DNA from: Eledone cirrhosa
Taxonomy: Eukaryota
Length of the DNA: 64,000 bases
Assembly: GCA_964016885.1 (NCBI GenBank)
Contig: OZ024746.1
Coordinates: 24,366,001-24,430,000, forward strand
Direction: 5' to 3'
Every line of letters begins with the position of its first letter. The stretch's first letter is position 1. The notes under the pieces are model-generated. The model had not been told where the DNA came from, ran no database searches, and saw only the letters and a program-made list of their open reading frames with translations. Positions 13,032-27,100 of the stretch are shown here, in pieces. Made by a program: the position numbers and the translations under genes.

Positions 13032-16000
13032 ATGACCTCATTCAGAATAGGCAGCATAAATGCGTCATGGAAGCAGGGCCACCTGCTCAACGACCTCAGG
13101 TGACTAAACATAGATGTAGTGGCCATCAGCGAGACCAGAATCTCCGAAGCACGGGCCTTCGCACCGATCTTCGGCGGCTACGATGTGTACGCATCTACCA
13201 GCCGTACGGGATCGGGGGGGGGGGAGTTGCTGTGCTTTTTCGGAGAGGTTTGGATCTTGCCATACGGGCCATCTTCCTGGACCCAGAAGGTAAGTTGGTG
13301 GTGATGGACGTGACCAGCGGAGACGGGCAAGCTTTCAGGTTAGTGGCCGTCTATGCCCCGACAGGAGCAGGGCGGCCTGATTTCTTCCGGCGTCTGGAGA
13401 CCTTTCTTGGAACGTCCCGCTCTTTAGTGTTAGTGGGCGACTGGAACGGGATCTTAGATGCACGCTGGGATTGTGTGGGATTAGTGGATAGGGGAGGAGG
13501 GTGCAAGAGTCTCACCAACCTGCTCAGGCGTTTTGAACTGTCTGACAGGTACCGATTGGATTTCCCGAATGTACCAATGTGGACTTGGACAAATCGCATA
13601 GGGTCATCCAGATCATATCTAGATAGAGTATTTTGTAGGGAAATAGATAGGTCTAGCATAGGCTGTCCACAATTCAAGATAGTCAGCTACACGGACCACA
13701 AATTCGTGATCTGTGTGCTTGACTTAGATAGGCTTCATAGACGAGGACCCGGCTACTGGAAGCTAAACGCGTCCTTACCAGCGCGCAAGGCCTACAGAGA
13801 CCGGATTAGCGAACTAGTTAAGCGGGCGTTGACGGGGGCCATCGTCAACAACAAGTGGTGGTTTGCTCTGAAAAGAGCAATTAGAATAGAGTCCATTAGC
13901 TTTAGTAAGGCTTTAGCAATAGAGAAAAATAGAGCAGAGGGAGAATTAGTTAGAAAATTAGACGAGGCGCTTTGCAAAGGCATCGCGACCGACGTACTTG
14001 CGGTGAAATTGGCCCTTGACCAATTCTTCAATGCAAAGCACGAAGGCTGCGTTGTCAGAGCTAGGATGCGTGCTCTCAGACACGAGGGGACGAAAGCCGT
14101 TCAATGGGCCCGAGTGGCGGAGGCGCGTCGTGGCAACAAAGCCACGATCCGGTCTTTGGTGGACCGCGACGGGCGCATGCTACTCGATCCCGAGCAAATG
14201 TGTGAAGCTTTTCAGCGACACTTCGCTTAACTGTTCGGGGGCAGCGGCGGGCCGGATTGAGGGATGGACTTTAGTGTCTACCTCGACGGACTGCCGCGGC
14301 TCTCGGCCACTGAGGCGGAGTGTTGCGAAAAGCCGATAACAGCCGCTGAAGTACGGGAGGCAATGACTGGCTGCACAAGGGGTAAATCGCCTGGTTTGGA
14401 TGGTCTGCCCTATGAACTTTACGTACAAATGCCAGACTTGTTCGGAGGCCTCTTGGCAGACGTCTACTGCAACTGGCAACAGAACGGGAGAATTCCCAGC
14501 TCTGTGAGCCGAGGAGCGGTGGCGCTGCTGAGAAAGGATCCAAACAAGGGGGATAACATAGATAATTTTAGGCCCATAACTCTGCTAAACACAGAGTTCA
14601 AGATTTTGGCCAAGGTGCTAGCAAAGAGGTTGGCGCTTGTCATTGGTTGTCTGGTGGGAGAGGCGCAGATATGCGCCATTCACAACAGATCCATCCACGA
14701 CAACCTCCACCTCATGCGATACATCGTAGAGGGTGTAGCTAGGGAACCTGGCACGGGTGGGTCTTTGATAAATTTAGATCAGTCGAAAGCCTTCGATAGG
14801 GTCGACCATCGTTACCTAGCGGCAGTCCTGAGGGCGGCTGGCTTTGGGTCCGTCTTCAGAGGCTGGATCGCTGCCATGCACAGCGACATCTGCTCTGTGG
14901 TGAGAGTGAACGGTCACCTTTCGGAACCGTTCAACATCATGCGCTCGGTCCGCCAAGGATGTCCCCTCTCGTCTCTCTTGTACGTATTGACTCTCGAGCC
15001 ATTACTGCACAAACTGGAGACGTTGAGGGGGGTCCCGCGCGAACTAGGATGCGGAAGATCTGTGTCAGCATATGCGGACGATGTCACCGTAGTGGTGTCG
15101 AACGCCAAACACATCGAGGCGATCGGCACTACACTAAGAGAATACGAAGCGGTGACAGGAGCAATGATCAACCAGGAAAAGTCATTGGGCCTACAGCTCG
15201 GCACCTGGAGAGGCAGGTCCATGCCGTCCAACAGCGTCGTCGGGCGCTGGACGGACGGACCGGTTGAATTGCTAGGGGTCTGGTTCGGTCCGGACATCCA
15301 GACGGACAAAAACTGGGACGAGGTGACGAGCAGGGTGGCCTCTCTCACCCAGAAATGGGCCGAGAGGAAGCTATCCCTAAAAGGTCGAGCGGAGGTGGCT
15401 AACGCGTACATCGCGTCCGTCATCTACTACCGCCTGACCGTCGTACCTTGTCCTAAGCCCCGCCTGACTGCGCTGGAGCGTTTGCTCTTTCGCTTTTTGT
15501 GGAAGGGACGCGCTCCGATGGTCAGGCGGTCCATCTGCTGACAACACCCGCTACGTGGAGGGCTGGGCATGCCGTGGCTGATGATGCGCAGACACGCGCT
15601 CAGGCTACGACATCTCCACCTCTTCCTCGACGGTGATCAGGTGTGGTCGCCGTTTGCTAGACACGTCTTTCCCCAGCTCGTCTCCTTGACGGAGCTGCAG
15701 TCCTGGGTCAAGAGAAGACCGAGAGGGAGCGCTTGGAGACTGGAATGTTTTCAGGCGCTCACAGCCCTCGACCAATCGGGAAATGTGATCGGTGGAAACT
15801 CCACCTTGGCGTTCTATAGAGGATTAGTGGAGGGGAAGAGCGACGACGTACTTGGAGAAACTCTAGGCGTCGACGAAAATCAACTAGCCAATCTCTTCGG
15901 AAGGACTTTCGGGCCGGGGCCTATGGACAACTTCCAGAAATCCCTGGCCTGGCAGTGCTACCGGGGAGCTTTGCCAGTTCGAGATAAACTCTACAGGCAT

Positions 16001-16438
16001 GGAGGTGCCGTCAGCCGGGCATGTCCGAGATGCGCGCAGGACGACGAAACCGTCCTGCACGCACTCGTCCAGTGTCCGAGCATTGCTGACTTGTGGGTTT
16101 ATATCGAACACCTGCTGTCACGTGTAGGACGGATCCAGTTATCAGCTGAGTCCATCGTGAGGATTGCCCCGCCCTCTTCCTTTAGCCGGGAAGGGAAGGC
16201 AGTTTTTATCCGTCTGGTGGACATGGCGAAAGAGATAGTATGGTGGACACGTTTGAAAGGGTTGAAGACGAGCACTTACCTCTTCGGTGATGCTCTGATT
16301 GACTTTTTCAAATTTCATTTGAAAAGGAAAATCAGAGTAGAGAGGGAAGTGCTCTCTTCCCAGCATTTTGTTGAAAGATGGGTGAGAGAAGCAAGTATGG
16401 CCCGAATGAATGGGCCTTCTCTGAGTATGTGTCTGTAA
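13032..16438 (+). pseudogene. LINE ORF2: AP endonuclease, reverse transcriptase and C-terminal zinc motif
   Basis: Motifs MTSFRIGSIN.., VAISET, VYAP, GDWN, YLDR, TDH, GPGYWKLN, KSPGLDG, FRPITLLN, LDQSKAFDRV, QGCPLS, YADD and CPRC..ETVLHALVQC. Frameshift at poly-G near 13215 and in-frame stops near 13101, 14228 and 15539. Confidence 0.92.
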
Positions 16439-16680
16439 ATTAAAGGTGGAAAACTGGGAGAGGGCACTTGCCCTGGTGGTCAGGGCCACTGTGGTCTTTT
16501 AATGGGCTTTCTCCACAAATGTCCCTTGGAAGTCTCCCCCCTATTGGGGAATTTTTCTTTGTTATTTTATTTCAACCTCTGTTTTTTTACACGCAGAAAT
16601 GCCCATTTGTACCGTCCTGTATTGTCCTGTACTGTCCTTAATGTCTACTTTATGTGAACCCTTGTGGTTAATAAAGAAAA

Positions 16681-16719
<39 letters not shown>

Positions 16720-17257
16720 CATTATTATTCATTTATGTATTTATTTATTCATTCATTTAGAATTGCTAACACGTTAACATTCAACAAGGACCAATCAATA
16801 TTTTAGATCACAGAAACTATTCTTACTGGAATAATACTCGCTCTCGTGCCTAATAATTTTATCAGAGTAGATTCAGAAAAGCTCCCGACTTGGTAAAATT
16901 ACACAGCAATATAATTCAACATTGCGGAAGAGAAGTTTTGGTTCGTGCTGATATTATAGTTGAGAAATAGCCAACTTCTTCAGATAACATATTGATTTCT
17001 ATACATACCATATCGTTATCGTTACTATTTTCATCAAATGTACAAGACGGTTTATAGGATACTAAAGTTTCATCTGTAAAGTCACTGTGGAAGTATTCAT
17101 CGTTAAAGTTCTCTCACGACTTTGAAGTGAAGAGATATTATCTTTTGCAAAAGATACCAAATTAAAATGCTTAGTTAATTACATCCTGGTCTCGTACGCT
17201 ATTAATAGCTGAAGTGTTAAGTGTCTTCGACAGGTCTCTTCGAAAGTGGTACGTACT

Positions 17258-17753
<496 letters not shown>

Positions 17754-18240
17754 CAGTAATTACATAAATTTCACGCAATACAATTGTTCAATGAATCATG
17801 CAAATAGTTGAGTAAGTCAGCGATAGCATTATGTAATTAGTTAGTATTATTGTTAATGCAATTATCTCTGATTACGCCATTAAGTTGATCCATTAATCTA
17901 TTTATAATTACCTCCTCTTCTAACGGTAATTTCAATTGATCTCTGAGTTACTACACACTTGAGTTACTACACTCAAGCTACCTTACTGGATTAAAGAGTT
18001 CCACAAGCTTTCTTCTGGAGAAAAACAAACCCCTTTAATATATCCACTTGGTATTTAGATCTGTTGTGCAGCAGCGAAATGGCAGAGTCGTTAGAACATC
18101 GAATAGTTATTTGTTGCATTCGTTCCGGCTCATTGTGCTCTCCGGGTCCAAATCCTGATGAGGTCAACTTTGCCTTACATCCTTTCGAGGTCAATAAAAA
18201 AAAGTACCCGTCAAGTACTGGGGTCAATTCTTCCTCATTA

Positions 18241-18345
<105 letters not shown>

Positions 18346-18574
18346 CTCTGGAAGAAGAAGAAGAAGAAGAAGAAGAAGAAGAAATCGGCTGGGTTTAAGC
18401 CTGGAGAGGTGATGGGCTCCACCAGATTTAAAGTGCCCATAACACGATGGCGCGCCTCCGACTCCATGCATCCATGCATCCATCCATCTATCTATCCGTC
18501 AGCCCGTCCATTCTTTATGGAGGGCACACTAACCTAACACAGTTTTTTTGGTGGGATAATCGGAAAATGTATCA

Positions 18575-18810
18575 CAAGAATATAGATACTATGACATTCT
18601 CGGAAGAGAAGAGTGGAGTTTGGTCAGTATAAATGTTTCTATATGATTGTAAAGCTAGGGAAAATTACAAGCCAGTCTAAGAACAACTCTATCAAATACC
18701 TGATTGTTTCGTCAGCATCTGACGAAGAATGTTACAGATACTTAGGGATTGGTGAAATATAGCCGATGGTGGAATTTGTAACAGACGATGAAGTACAAGA
18801 AGATATATAT
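18575..18810 (+). mobile_element. Decayed RT fragment, probably R4/Dong-like non-LTR
   Basis: Broken frames give TFS..VEFGQYKCFYMIVKLGKI..EECYRYLGIGE. Confidence 0.45.
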
Positions 18811-18837
18811 TAGTTTAACGTTTAATATAGTAAGAAA

Positions 18838-18880
18838 CGTCTTAACGTTTCGGACACTAGTCCTTCATCAGAAAATAGAA
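18838..18880 (-). ncRNA. Minimal hammerhead ribozyme
   Basis: CTGATGA a GGAC tagt GTCC GAAACGTTA. Decayed family members at about 40700-40737(+) and 59178-59210(-). Confidence 0.65.
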
Positions 18881-19457
18881 AGAGAACTTAAAGAAGAAAT
18901 AGAAAGATAGAGAATGAGCAGGGGCAGAAACGAAAAAGTTTCTTCGAGAAAAGGCAGGTCTATTAATTTCACCATTTTTATGTATGTATGTGAGAAACAT
19001 GTAATAACGGGTTTACATATGGAATAGGTGGTTACAGCACAGGGTCACATAGTCCAGGAGATCCTGTCCCCTTTTAAATATATATATTAAAATATAGCTA
19101 TAAAACATGTCATTGTATTAAACTGTTACTAAATGAATTTCTTTTTTTTTTTTGCGGGGGGGGGGGGGGGCTACCTGCGTGGTGTAACTTCTGTTTTAAA
19201 GATTGGCATGAATCGATACTGGAATATCAGCATTGATCTACATTTAGACATACATTCAAGTAGTTTTAATTTCCATCAAGTTTCTTGCAAATACGTCCAT
19301 GGATCCCTAAACGTTCTCTAACACAGGGCCTCCATTTGCTTTAATCTAGTCGTGGATGTCATCTCTGTTTTAGAGGCTGGCATAGATCGAAACTGGAATC
19401 ACAACATCGATCTAATTGTAAGGCTTACATTCGTGTACTTTCTCTCTCTCCCGGGAT

Positions 19458-19500
<43 letters not shown>

Positions 19501-20071
19501 TTTGTCAAACCCCTCCAGATCTACAAGAAATTTAATTGTTTCTACTTTTGGCACAAGGCCAGCAATTAATCCAGTGTATTACTGGTATTTTATTTTATCG
19601 ACCCCGTAAGGATGAAAGGCAAAGTCAACCTCGGCGCGATTTGAACTCAGTCTGTAAAGGGACGTAACTGTGCTGAAAAGCATGGCGTCCGACCCTCTAA
19701 ATTTAATGGAGATTAAAAGTATATGAATATACATAGATCGATATTGGTGGTTTTAATCCGACCCCGTTCATAAACAATGCAATACACGTGTCTATTAATG
19801 AAGAGTTATTTTTCCTACCTCAGCGATAAAACAGTAAAATTTAGTTGAAAATTTCTCTATTAAACATTTATCTAGAGTTATTAAAAACAGCTGTGAGTTA
19901 AGCTGGCCATATTACTGCTAGGTTTACTGTTTACTTTACTGCTAAACATATCATTTTTTTTATCGACGTAAACAAGGAAAATCTGGCGTCCTTGAAAAAG
20001 TAAGTTTAATAATTTTATTTACCAAGACGTTAATCGCTTTTACTTATCTTGGAATTACGGTCTATGATATA

Positions 20072-20274
20072 TACGAGGGTCGGCTTAAAAGTTCATAGGC
20101 TGACCAAGACACTCTCATGAAATGACCAAATGAGGTTTATTTTTCAACATGGTCCCTGGAAAGGAAACAATGCAGTTATTAATAAGAAGAGTTGAAATTA
20201 ATGCATGCAAGATTTCATAGCTCTAGCATCACTCCTTCATAGCCAGCCTATGAACATTTCAGCCTATCCTCGTA
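20072..20274. mobile_element. Mariner-type MITE (same family)
   Basis: TACGAGGGTCGGC...CCTCGTA. Confidence 0.88.
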
Positions 20275-20336
20275 TATATGAGAGAGATAGAGAGAAGGAG
20301 AGAGAGAGAGAGAGAGAGAGCGCGCGCGCGCGCGCG

Positions 20337-20413
<77 letters not shown>

Positions 20414-21756
20414 TATTCAGAATCTTATGCAATAACCATCGGTACTTCTAATCAAAGATACATTAAGATATAAGAGAGAACAAGACAAAGAATTCTTTAT
20501 AACAATGTAGTGAATAAACAGCTTAACCAGATGTTAGTGGTTCTGAAGATGTTAAGAATAAGATTGTAATAATGTTGAATACATTGTAGAGAATATAATA
20601 TTGTGAAGGTACGTAGCTTAGTGGTTACAGTGTTCGTAAGTTCAGTTCCCAGTGGTGAGTTGTATCCTTGAGCAAGACACAGCTAGTCCGCCCGGTTAGA
20701 ATAAATAAGGTGCACCTGTAATTCAAAAGAGCTGCCGTCACACGCTGAATCTCCCCGAGAAATGTGTTAAGGGAGCACATGTTGTGGAATGTTCAGCCAC
20801 ACGTTATTTTCATGAGAATTATTTCAAACAGAATCTCTGTGACAAGGGTGAACTTTCGAATTATAGATACAGTCTATCTTGTATTATTGTGTAAATGGTG
20901 GTGGTTTGGCAGTATCGGTAGAGGGTAGAGGGTCAGACACTATTCTTTGCAGCATAGAGTTATGGCCCTTTAAGTTCTGAGTTCAAATCCGCCGAGGTTA
21001 ACTTTGCCTTTCATCCTTACGGGGTCGATAAAATAAAGTACCAGTAATGCACTGGAGTAATTGCTGGCCTTGTGCCAAAAAAAACAAAACAATTATTGTG
21101 TAAATGGTTCAATATTCCACAAACACACATAACTTAATGTAATCCCTAGATAGAATCAATGACACAATATACAACAAAATTGGACGTTTGTATTACTGGT
21201 ACTGTCCATCAAACGATCTCCCATACAATTACTGTCAATCTAATTTTACTCACAAGGTTTCAGATAACCAATTAAAAAGCATTGGTCCAAGATACCATGA
21301 ACCTCTTAACGCCACATCGACGCCTGTCTCTACACTAACGAGATAAATACGATAATAAGAAATCGATAATCATACAGTGGAAACATCTCAATGGCTTTCG
21401 GTGATCACCTCTATCTAAAGTTTGTCTCGAGGGCAGGAGCTCATCTGACTGCTACTTATCCCGGTTTCCGTGGCGGGAAGTAACTGTGAGTATAAGATTC
21501 CTCCATAGACAGGACACCAGTCCATCGCTGAGTTAAAGCCCCAGTTATTACTGCTGGTACTCGTTTTCAGTTAAGCATACTGGAACAATGTGAAATGTAG
21601 TGTTTTGATCAAGAACAACAGACAACCCAGTCCAGGAATCGAACCCACGACATTAGATATATCTATGCCAGCATTCATTTCAATCCATTATTATTATCGC
21701 CCTTTATTTGGCAAACTACTACGTTACAGGACAAAAACAAGAACACACACACACAC

Positions 21757-21819
<63 letters not shown>

Positions 21820-21984
21820 ATATACGTGTTTTAAATAAGATTTTTATGCAGGCCTGAGTCACCCTTTCCCCTGTCGGGTACTATATATTTAAAAACCAAT
21901 AAAACGTCAATTGCCATAATTTGATGTGTATTAATCCTTTTCACTCCGATCCGGCTGAAATCGCCTCTGGTTTTGCAGCACAAG

Positions 21985-22530
21985 TGTTACTAAACGCGAA
22001 GATATTTGTCAACCAAAGATCCCGACGCGATCCTGAGGTGTGGGTTTGATTCCCGAGGTGAGGGGAATCTAACCAGCCCTCACAGTAGGTCCAACAGCGC
22101 AGCCTTGTGGAGTGTCAGGTTGTGTATCCCGGATAAGTGATTGGAATGCATGTAGTGAGGCAAGGCGTGTAGTGAGGTTAGGGTGACTCTGGGATATAGT
22201 TAGAGATTTATAGAGACAAAAAAAGGATAGAAACAAGAGGCGGGGTAGTCAATCTAGAATCCTATGAGGGAGGGTTACTAACCATATAGCTTGAGGAAAG
22301 TTCCCGTCCACTGATGTAGACAATCACCAAAGCATTCAGTCCTTCTGTTAATTATTTGCGTTGCCCCTCTGAGTATCTTAAGGGTCTATCTCATACAGAG
22401 GCTGCAAATGCACAAGCCACCTCCGTCTGGGGGTACCGACCGAAACCTGGAATGATGTGACCCTAAGCTATAGCTTATAGATAAATCCAGCACTAGTAGG
22501 AGGACCGATGGGGTAAGTGAGGTTACAACA
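21985..22530. mobile_element. Possible solo LTR
   Basis: GC-richer 546-bp block bounded by TGTT...AACA, with imperfect flanks caag/caaa. Confidence 0.3.
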
Positions 22531-22707
22531 CAAACACAATTCTACGATGTAATAAATTATGTCAATATTTTCAAATATATCACAGAATTTCCTATCATTT
22601 GGAAATCTATATGTTCTTCAGTTCCTGTATTGTAAACATTTTTTTCGATACAGCAAACTTCAAACAACTTTCTGTTTTATCAAAAGAATTGCCTGTATAT
22701 ATGCATG

Positions 22708-23545
<838 letters not shown>

Positions 23546-23548
<3 letters not shown>

Positions 23549-23785
23549 TGGCTGCCAACTCGTTTTCGAGTACGGCCACTACTTTATATCCATGTAGGAG
23601 AACCCCTACCAATGCGCTGAACGAGTGTGACTTTTTAGTCCAGCCAGCGACTTGAAAACTCTGGTACAAACACTACACATGTGACAATTATTGACACATA
23701 GTGCTGGGCCCATGGTACCATGTGACGACAAGTGCAGAGAGATATCCAGATATAAAGCAATGCCTGTGCCGTGAAGCTTTTATAG
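23546..23785 (-). mobile_element. 240-bp RTE/BovB-like 3' end (copy 2)
   Basis: Near-identical to 2868-3107 with the same two boundaries, and a (TA)n tail. Confidence 0.65.
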
Positions 23786-24114
23786 TGAGCAAAGGCATTG
23801 CACAAAGCCAGTCACACTCTCTTAACCAAGATGATATTTACCAAAAAGAAGAACATCATTGGATACCATCAGGGTTGCAGGTGTTATATCAGTTTTCCTT
23901 CTCCTAGAATTCTGCTTTGACAAAGGTTAAGGGGTCGTCTCTCCCGGTGATTTTGGATGGCTATTGACTCTTAAGAGCTCCTTTTCCCTTTGACAGATTT
24001 TGATTTTAGTCCTGCAGGATGTCCAAAGTCACCCTCCTCACCAAGAAACCTTGGTGGGGTTGCCAGTTTATCGCCAACGACCCGACCATGGGACATGTTG
24101 TACACATATATATA

Positions 24115-24180
<66 letters not shown>

Positions 24181-24218
24181 CATATATAAATGTGTGTGTG
24201 CGTATATATGTATATATG

Positions 24219-24297
<79 letters not shown>

Positions 24298-24300
<3 letters not shown>

Positions 24301-24510
24301 GGCGTGTGGCTGAGTGGTTAGAGAATTGGATTCACGTTGTTGTGAGTTCGATTCCTGGACCGGGCGATCGTTATGTCCTTGAGCAAGACACTTTATTTCA
24401 CGTTGCTCCTTCTACCTGGAGTTGCGACCGATAGATAGTATTAGCAACTGGAAAGACCGACGGAAACATTGTTTCCTTGGTCCGATTTCACGAAAGTCGT
24501 TGGACTGTCG
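24298..24510 (+). mobile_element. tRNA-derived CORE-like SINE family B
   Basis: GGCGTGTGGCTGAGTGGTTAG..GAGTTCGATTCC..TGTCCTTGAGCAAGACACTTTATTTCACGTTGCTCC. Relatives at about 1665-1895, 7975-8250, 20605-20830, 21425-21655(-), 28255-28420(-), 29358-29490 and 49580-49785(-). Confidence 0.75.
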
Positions 24511-24640
24511 ATATATATATATATATATACCAAAGAGGGTGTGGAAACATACGAAATGACTAGCTGTCGAAACGGCCGGAGCTCAGCCGTCGGGGTCCTG
24601 AAACTTTTCATATTTATATATATATATGTATATATATATA

Positions 24641-24701
<61 letters not shown>

Positions 24702-25167
24702 TGGTAGACGTAGATGATAGAATAGAACTTGTTGCTGCTGTAGTAGTAAACGACAGATGTCGTGGCTACTGTTGTTGTTGCAGATACCAGATAGGCATGC
24801 TGTTAGCTGCAATAACGACAACAATAATAACAACAATAACAGCAACAGTTATAGGTGCATTTTGTTATCAACAATAACAACAACAACAGTTATAGGTGCA
24901 TTTTGTTATCAACAACAGCTACAACAACAATAGTTATAGATATGGTATTTACAATAACAACAACAACAGTAACAACAGTCATATATACAAGTACGTAAAT
25001 GCTGGCATTTGCTTAGTTAAGCTGGAAAACAACATAATGGAACTATAATTATATTTCATATACATACATTGTCGGGAAAAAAAACTAACAATTCACAGAA
25101 AGAAAACCAAGGGCGAAATAAAGGTGAGAGAAGACATACAACCTAATCACATATCACAACAGGGGAG

Positions 25168-25465
25168 GCTGGTGATCACGAGGCTAAGGCATTGGAACAA
25201 CCAAGTACCCTCATTCAGAACATCAGCCGATATTTCATTAACACTAGATGATAGCGTGGTTAAGTTGCCGGAATAACCAGACACCCTCATCAGGATTGCC
25301 GCATGATATTTTAGTAAGGCCAGGTGATGGCGAGGCTAAGTTGCCGGGACAATCAAGCACCCTCATCAGGATTGCCGCATGATATTTTAGTATGGCCAAG
25401 TGATGGCGAGGCTAAGGTGCTGGAACAACCAAGCAGCCTCGTCAGGAGCATCACCTGATATTTCA
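25168..25465. repeat. Four tandem about 76-bp units with internal self-complementarity
   Basis: Consensus approximately CAGGTGATGGCGAGGCTAAGGTGCTGGAACAACCAAGCACCCTCRTCAGGA..TGATATTTYAGTAAGGC. Confidence 0.85.
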
Positions 25466-26001
25466 AATCGAATGTCAGACTATCGTTGTTGTATATGCTA
25501 TACCACCATAACAACAACAACAACAACACTTGTTGCATTACATTCTGTTATCTGTTAGCTAAACTAAGGAAATGCCAGTGTATAAGTCTAACAAACTAAA
25601 AACCCGGCCGTCATTCACAATCGAGTGTGACTTGGTAGTATTACCATGCTTTCACTAAGGAGTTCAGATGCCTATGCAATCACACGAACAGACATGGAAA
25701 CCCTCTCGACCTTCCTTCCTTCCTTCCTTTGACCAAGCGCAACATCCAAGATGCAACATGTGGAAGGAGAGAGAGCTACACCAGCATATGACTGGTACTT
25801 TCTTTATCGATCCTGAAAGGGGGAATGGCAAAGTTAACCTCGGTGAGATTTGAACTCATAACGCAAAAATAACTCGGAATAAATACCCAACGCTCAAGCG
25901 ACTCTAACCAAACACCTTAACGTGTAAGTATTTCTGTCTATAACTCTTGTTTTTGTGACAGCAAATAACATGTAGCAACTGTGGTGGTGGTGGTTGTGGT
26001 G

Positions 26002-26083
<82 letters not shown>

Positions 26084-26302
26084 CAACAGCAGCAGATGAA
26101 AAAAAAAAGCAACTGTAACACGATGTTTCGGTTCTAAGTGTTAGTTTAATCAAGCAGAGTTTCCACGGCGGCCATGATAAAGTGTAATGGTGTACGAAGA
26201 ACAAACATCAGATTTATTCTTATAACCCATTGCTACAGTCATTGGATTTCCGCAATTCTTTCCCGCCAACACTGATTTCTATAGAAGTAATAATAATAAT
26301 AT

Positions 26303-26360
<58 letters not shown>

Positions 26361-26362
<2 letters not shown>

Positions 26363-27100
26363 CTTTATTAACCGCAAGTGCTCACATAAAGGAAAACGTT
26401 TAGGACGCTACAGGACGGTACAAATATGGGTTTCTGCGTATTTAAAAAGAAAACACAATAACAATAACAAAAGATGTAACAAGAAAAGGGAAACAAATAT
26501 ACCCCAATAGGGGCCTGAACGCGTCCCTTGTTAACCCGCACGAAGGACGATGCGGTATGGTTCTTTTTCGTTCCTCTGACCACATTGCAGTTTCGGTGGT
26601 CTTATTCGCGCCAGTCACAAATCTGGTACTTTCTCAAAGCCACGAAGATTAGGCTTTTGTAGAGGCGGCCTTTACTCGCCTCGTCATATCTATGTCACTG
26701 GGTTGTGAGAGTTTTCTTGGGAGCTACAAGTGTCACCCATTGCTCCATTTCCCCTAGTAGTTTACCGCTGTTGGTCCGGGGTTGCTTATTCGTCCGACAG
26801 CTGCCCGCTTACATCGCAACTAACCACCAACATATCTGGTGGCCGTGTTGTTATCCACCACCTGCGACCTGTTCTCTAGCAGAACAGCTCCTATTCCTTT
26901 CTATATTAATTTTCTCAATTTTTAAAAAAGTTATTTACCTGTCAACTTTTGTGATGTGACTTGTTAAGTGAGGGCGGAATAATATGAAAAATAAAAATTA
27001 AAAAAGCTTTGGAAAACTGTCAAAGCCAACGATGCTTGCTCTAAGTATTTGGTTGGTACTCGGTAGCCATTGTGTATAAAGCGAAATCAAAGGAAAATCT
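26361..27100 (-). mobile_element. About 740-bp non-autonomous element carrying the Tx1 3' UTR
   Basis: Minus-strand 3' end cccatatttgtaccgtcctgta...tttatgtgagcacttgcggttaataaagaaa-(ATC)n matches LINE 16601-16680. It also shares CCCCTATTGGGG. No RT coding sequence recognised. Confidence 0.75.

Larger units (their letters stand above)
10671..16680 (+). mobile_element. Full-length Tx1/L1-clade non-LTR retrotransposon, disabled, inserted in (ATT)n
   Basis: ORF1 with CCHC knuckle. ORF2 with APE, RT and C-terminal zinc motif. AATAAA near 16670. (ATT)n on both sides. Confidence 0.93.

Noticed and set aside
13098-13107. TGA-CTA in LINE ORF2 as programmed readthrough
   Set aside because: This copy has several other stops and frameshifts, and the TGA is most simply decay (for example CGA>TGA).
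10943-16489. Antisense and alternative-frame ORFs within the LINE
   Set aside because: Shadow ORFs of GC-richer coding sequence and trinucleotide tracts.
18715-18770. CTGACGA...GAAATATA hammerhead-like words
   Set aside because: No stem II and no UH site. The sequence is better explained as the YRYLG motif of an RT relic.
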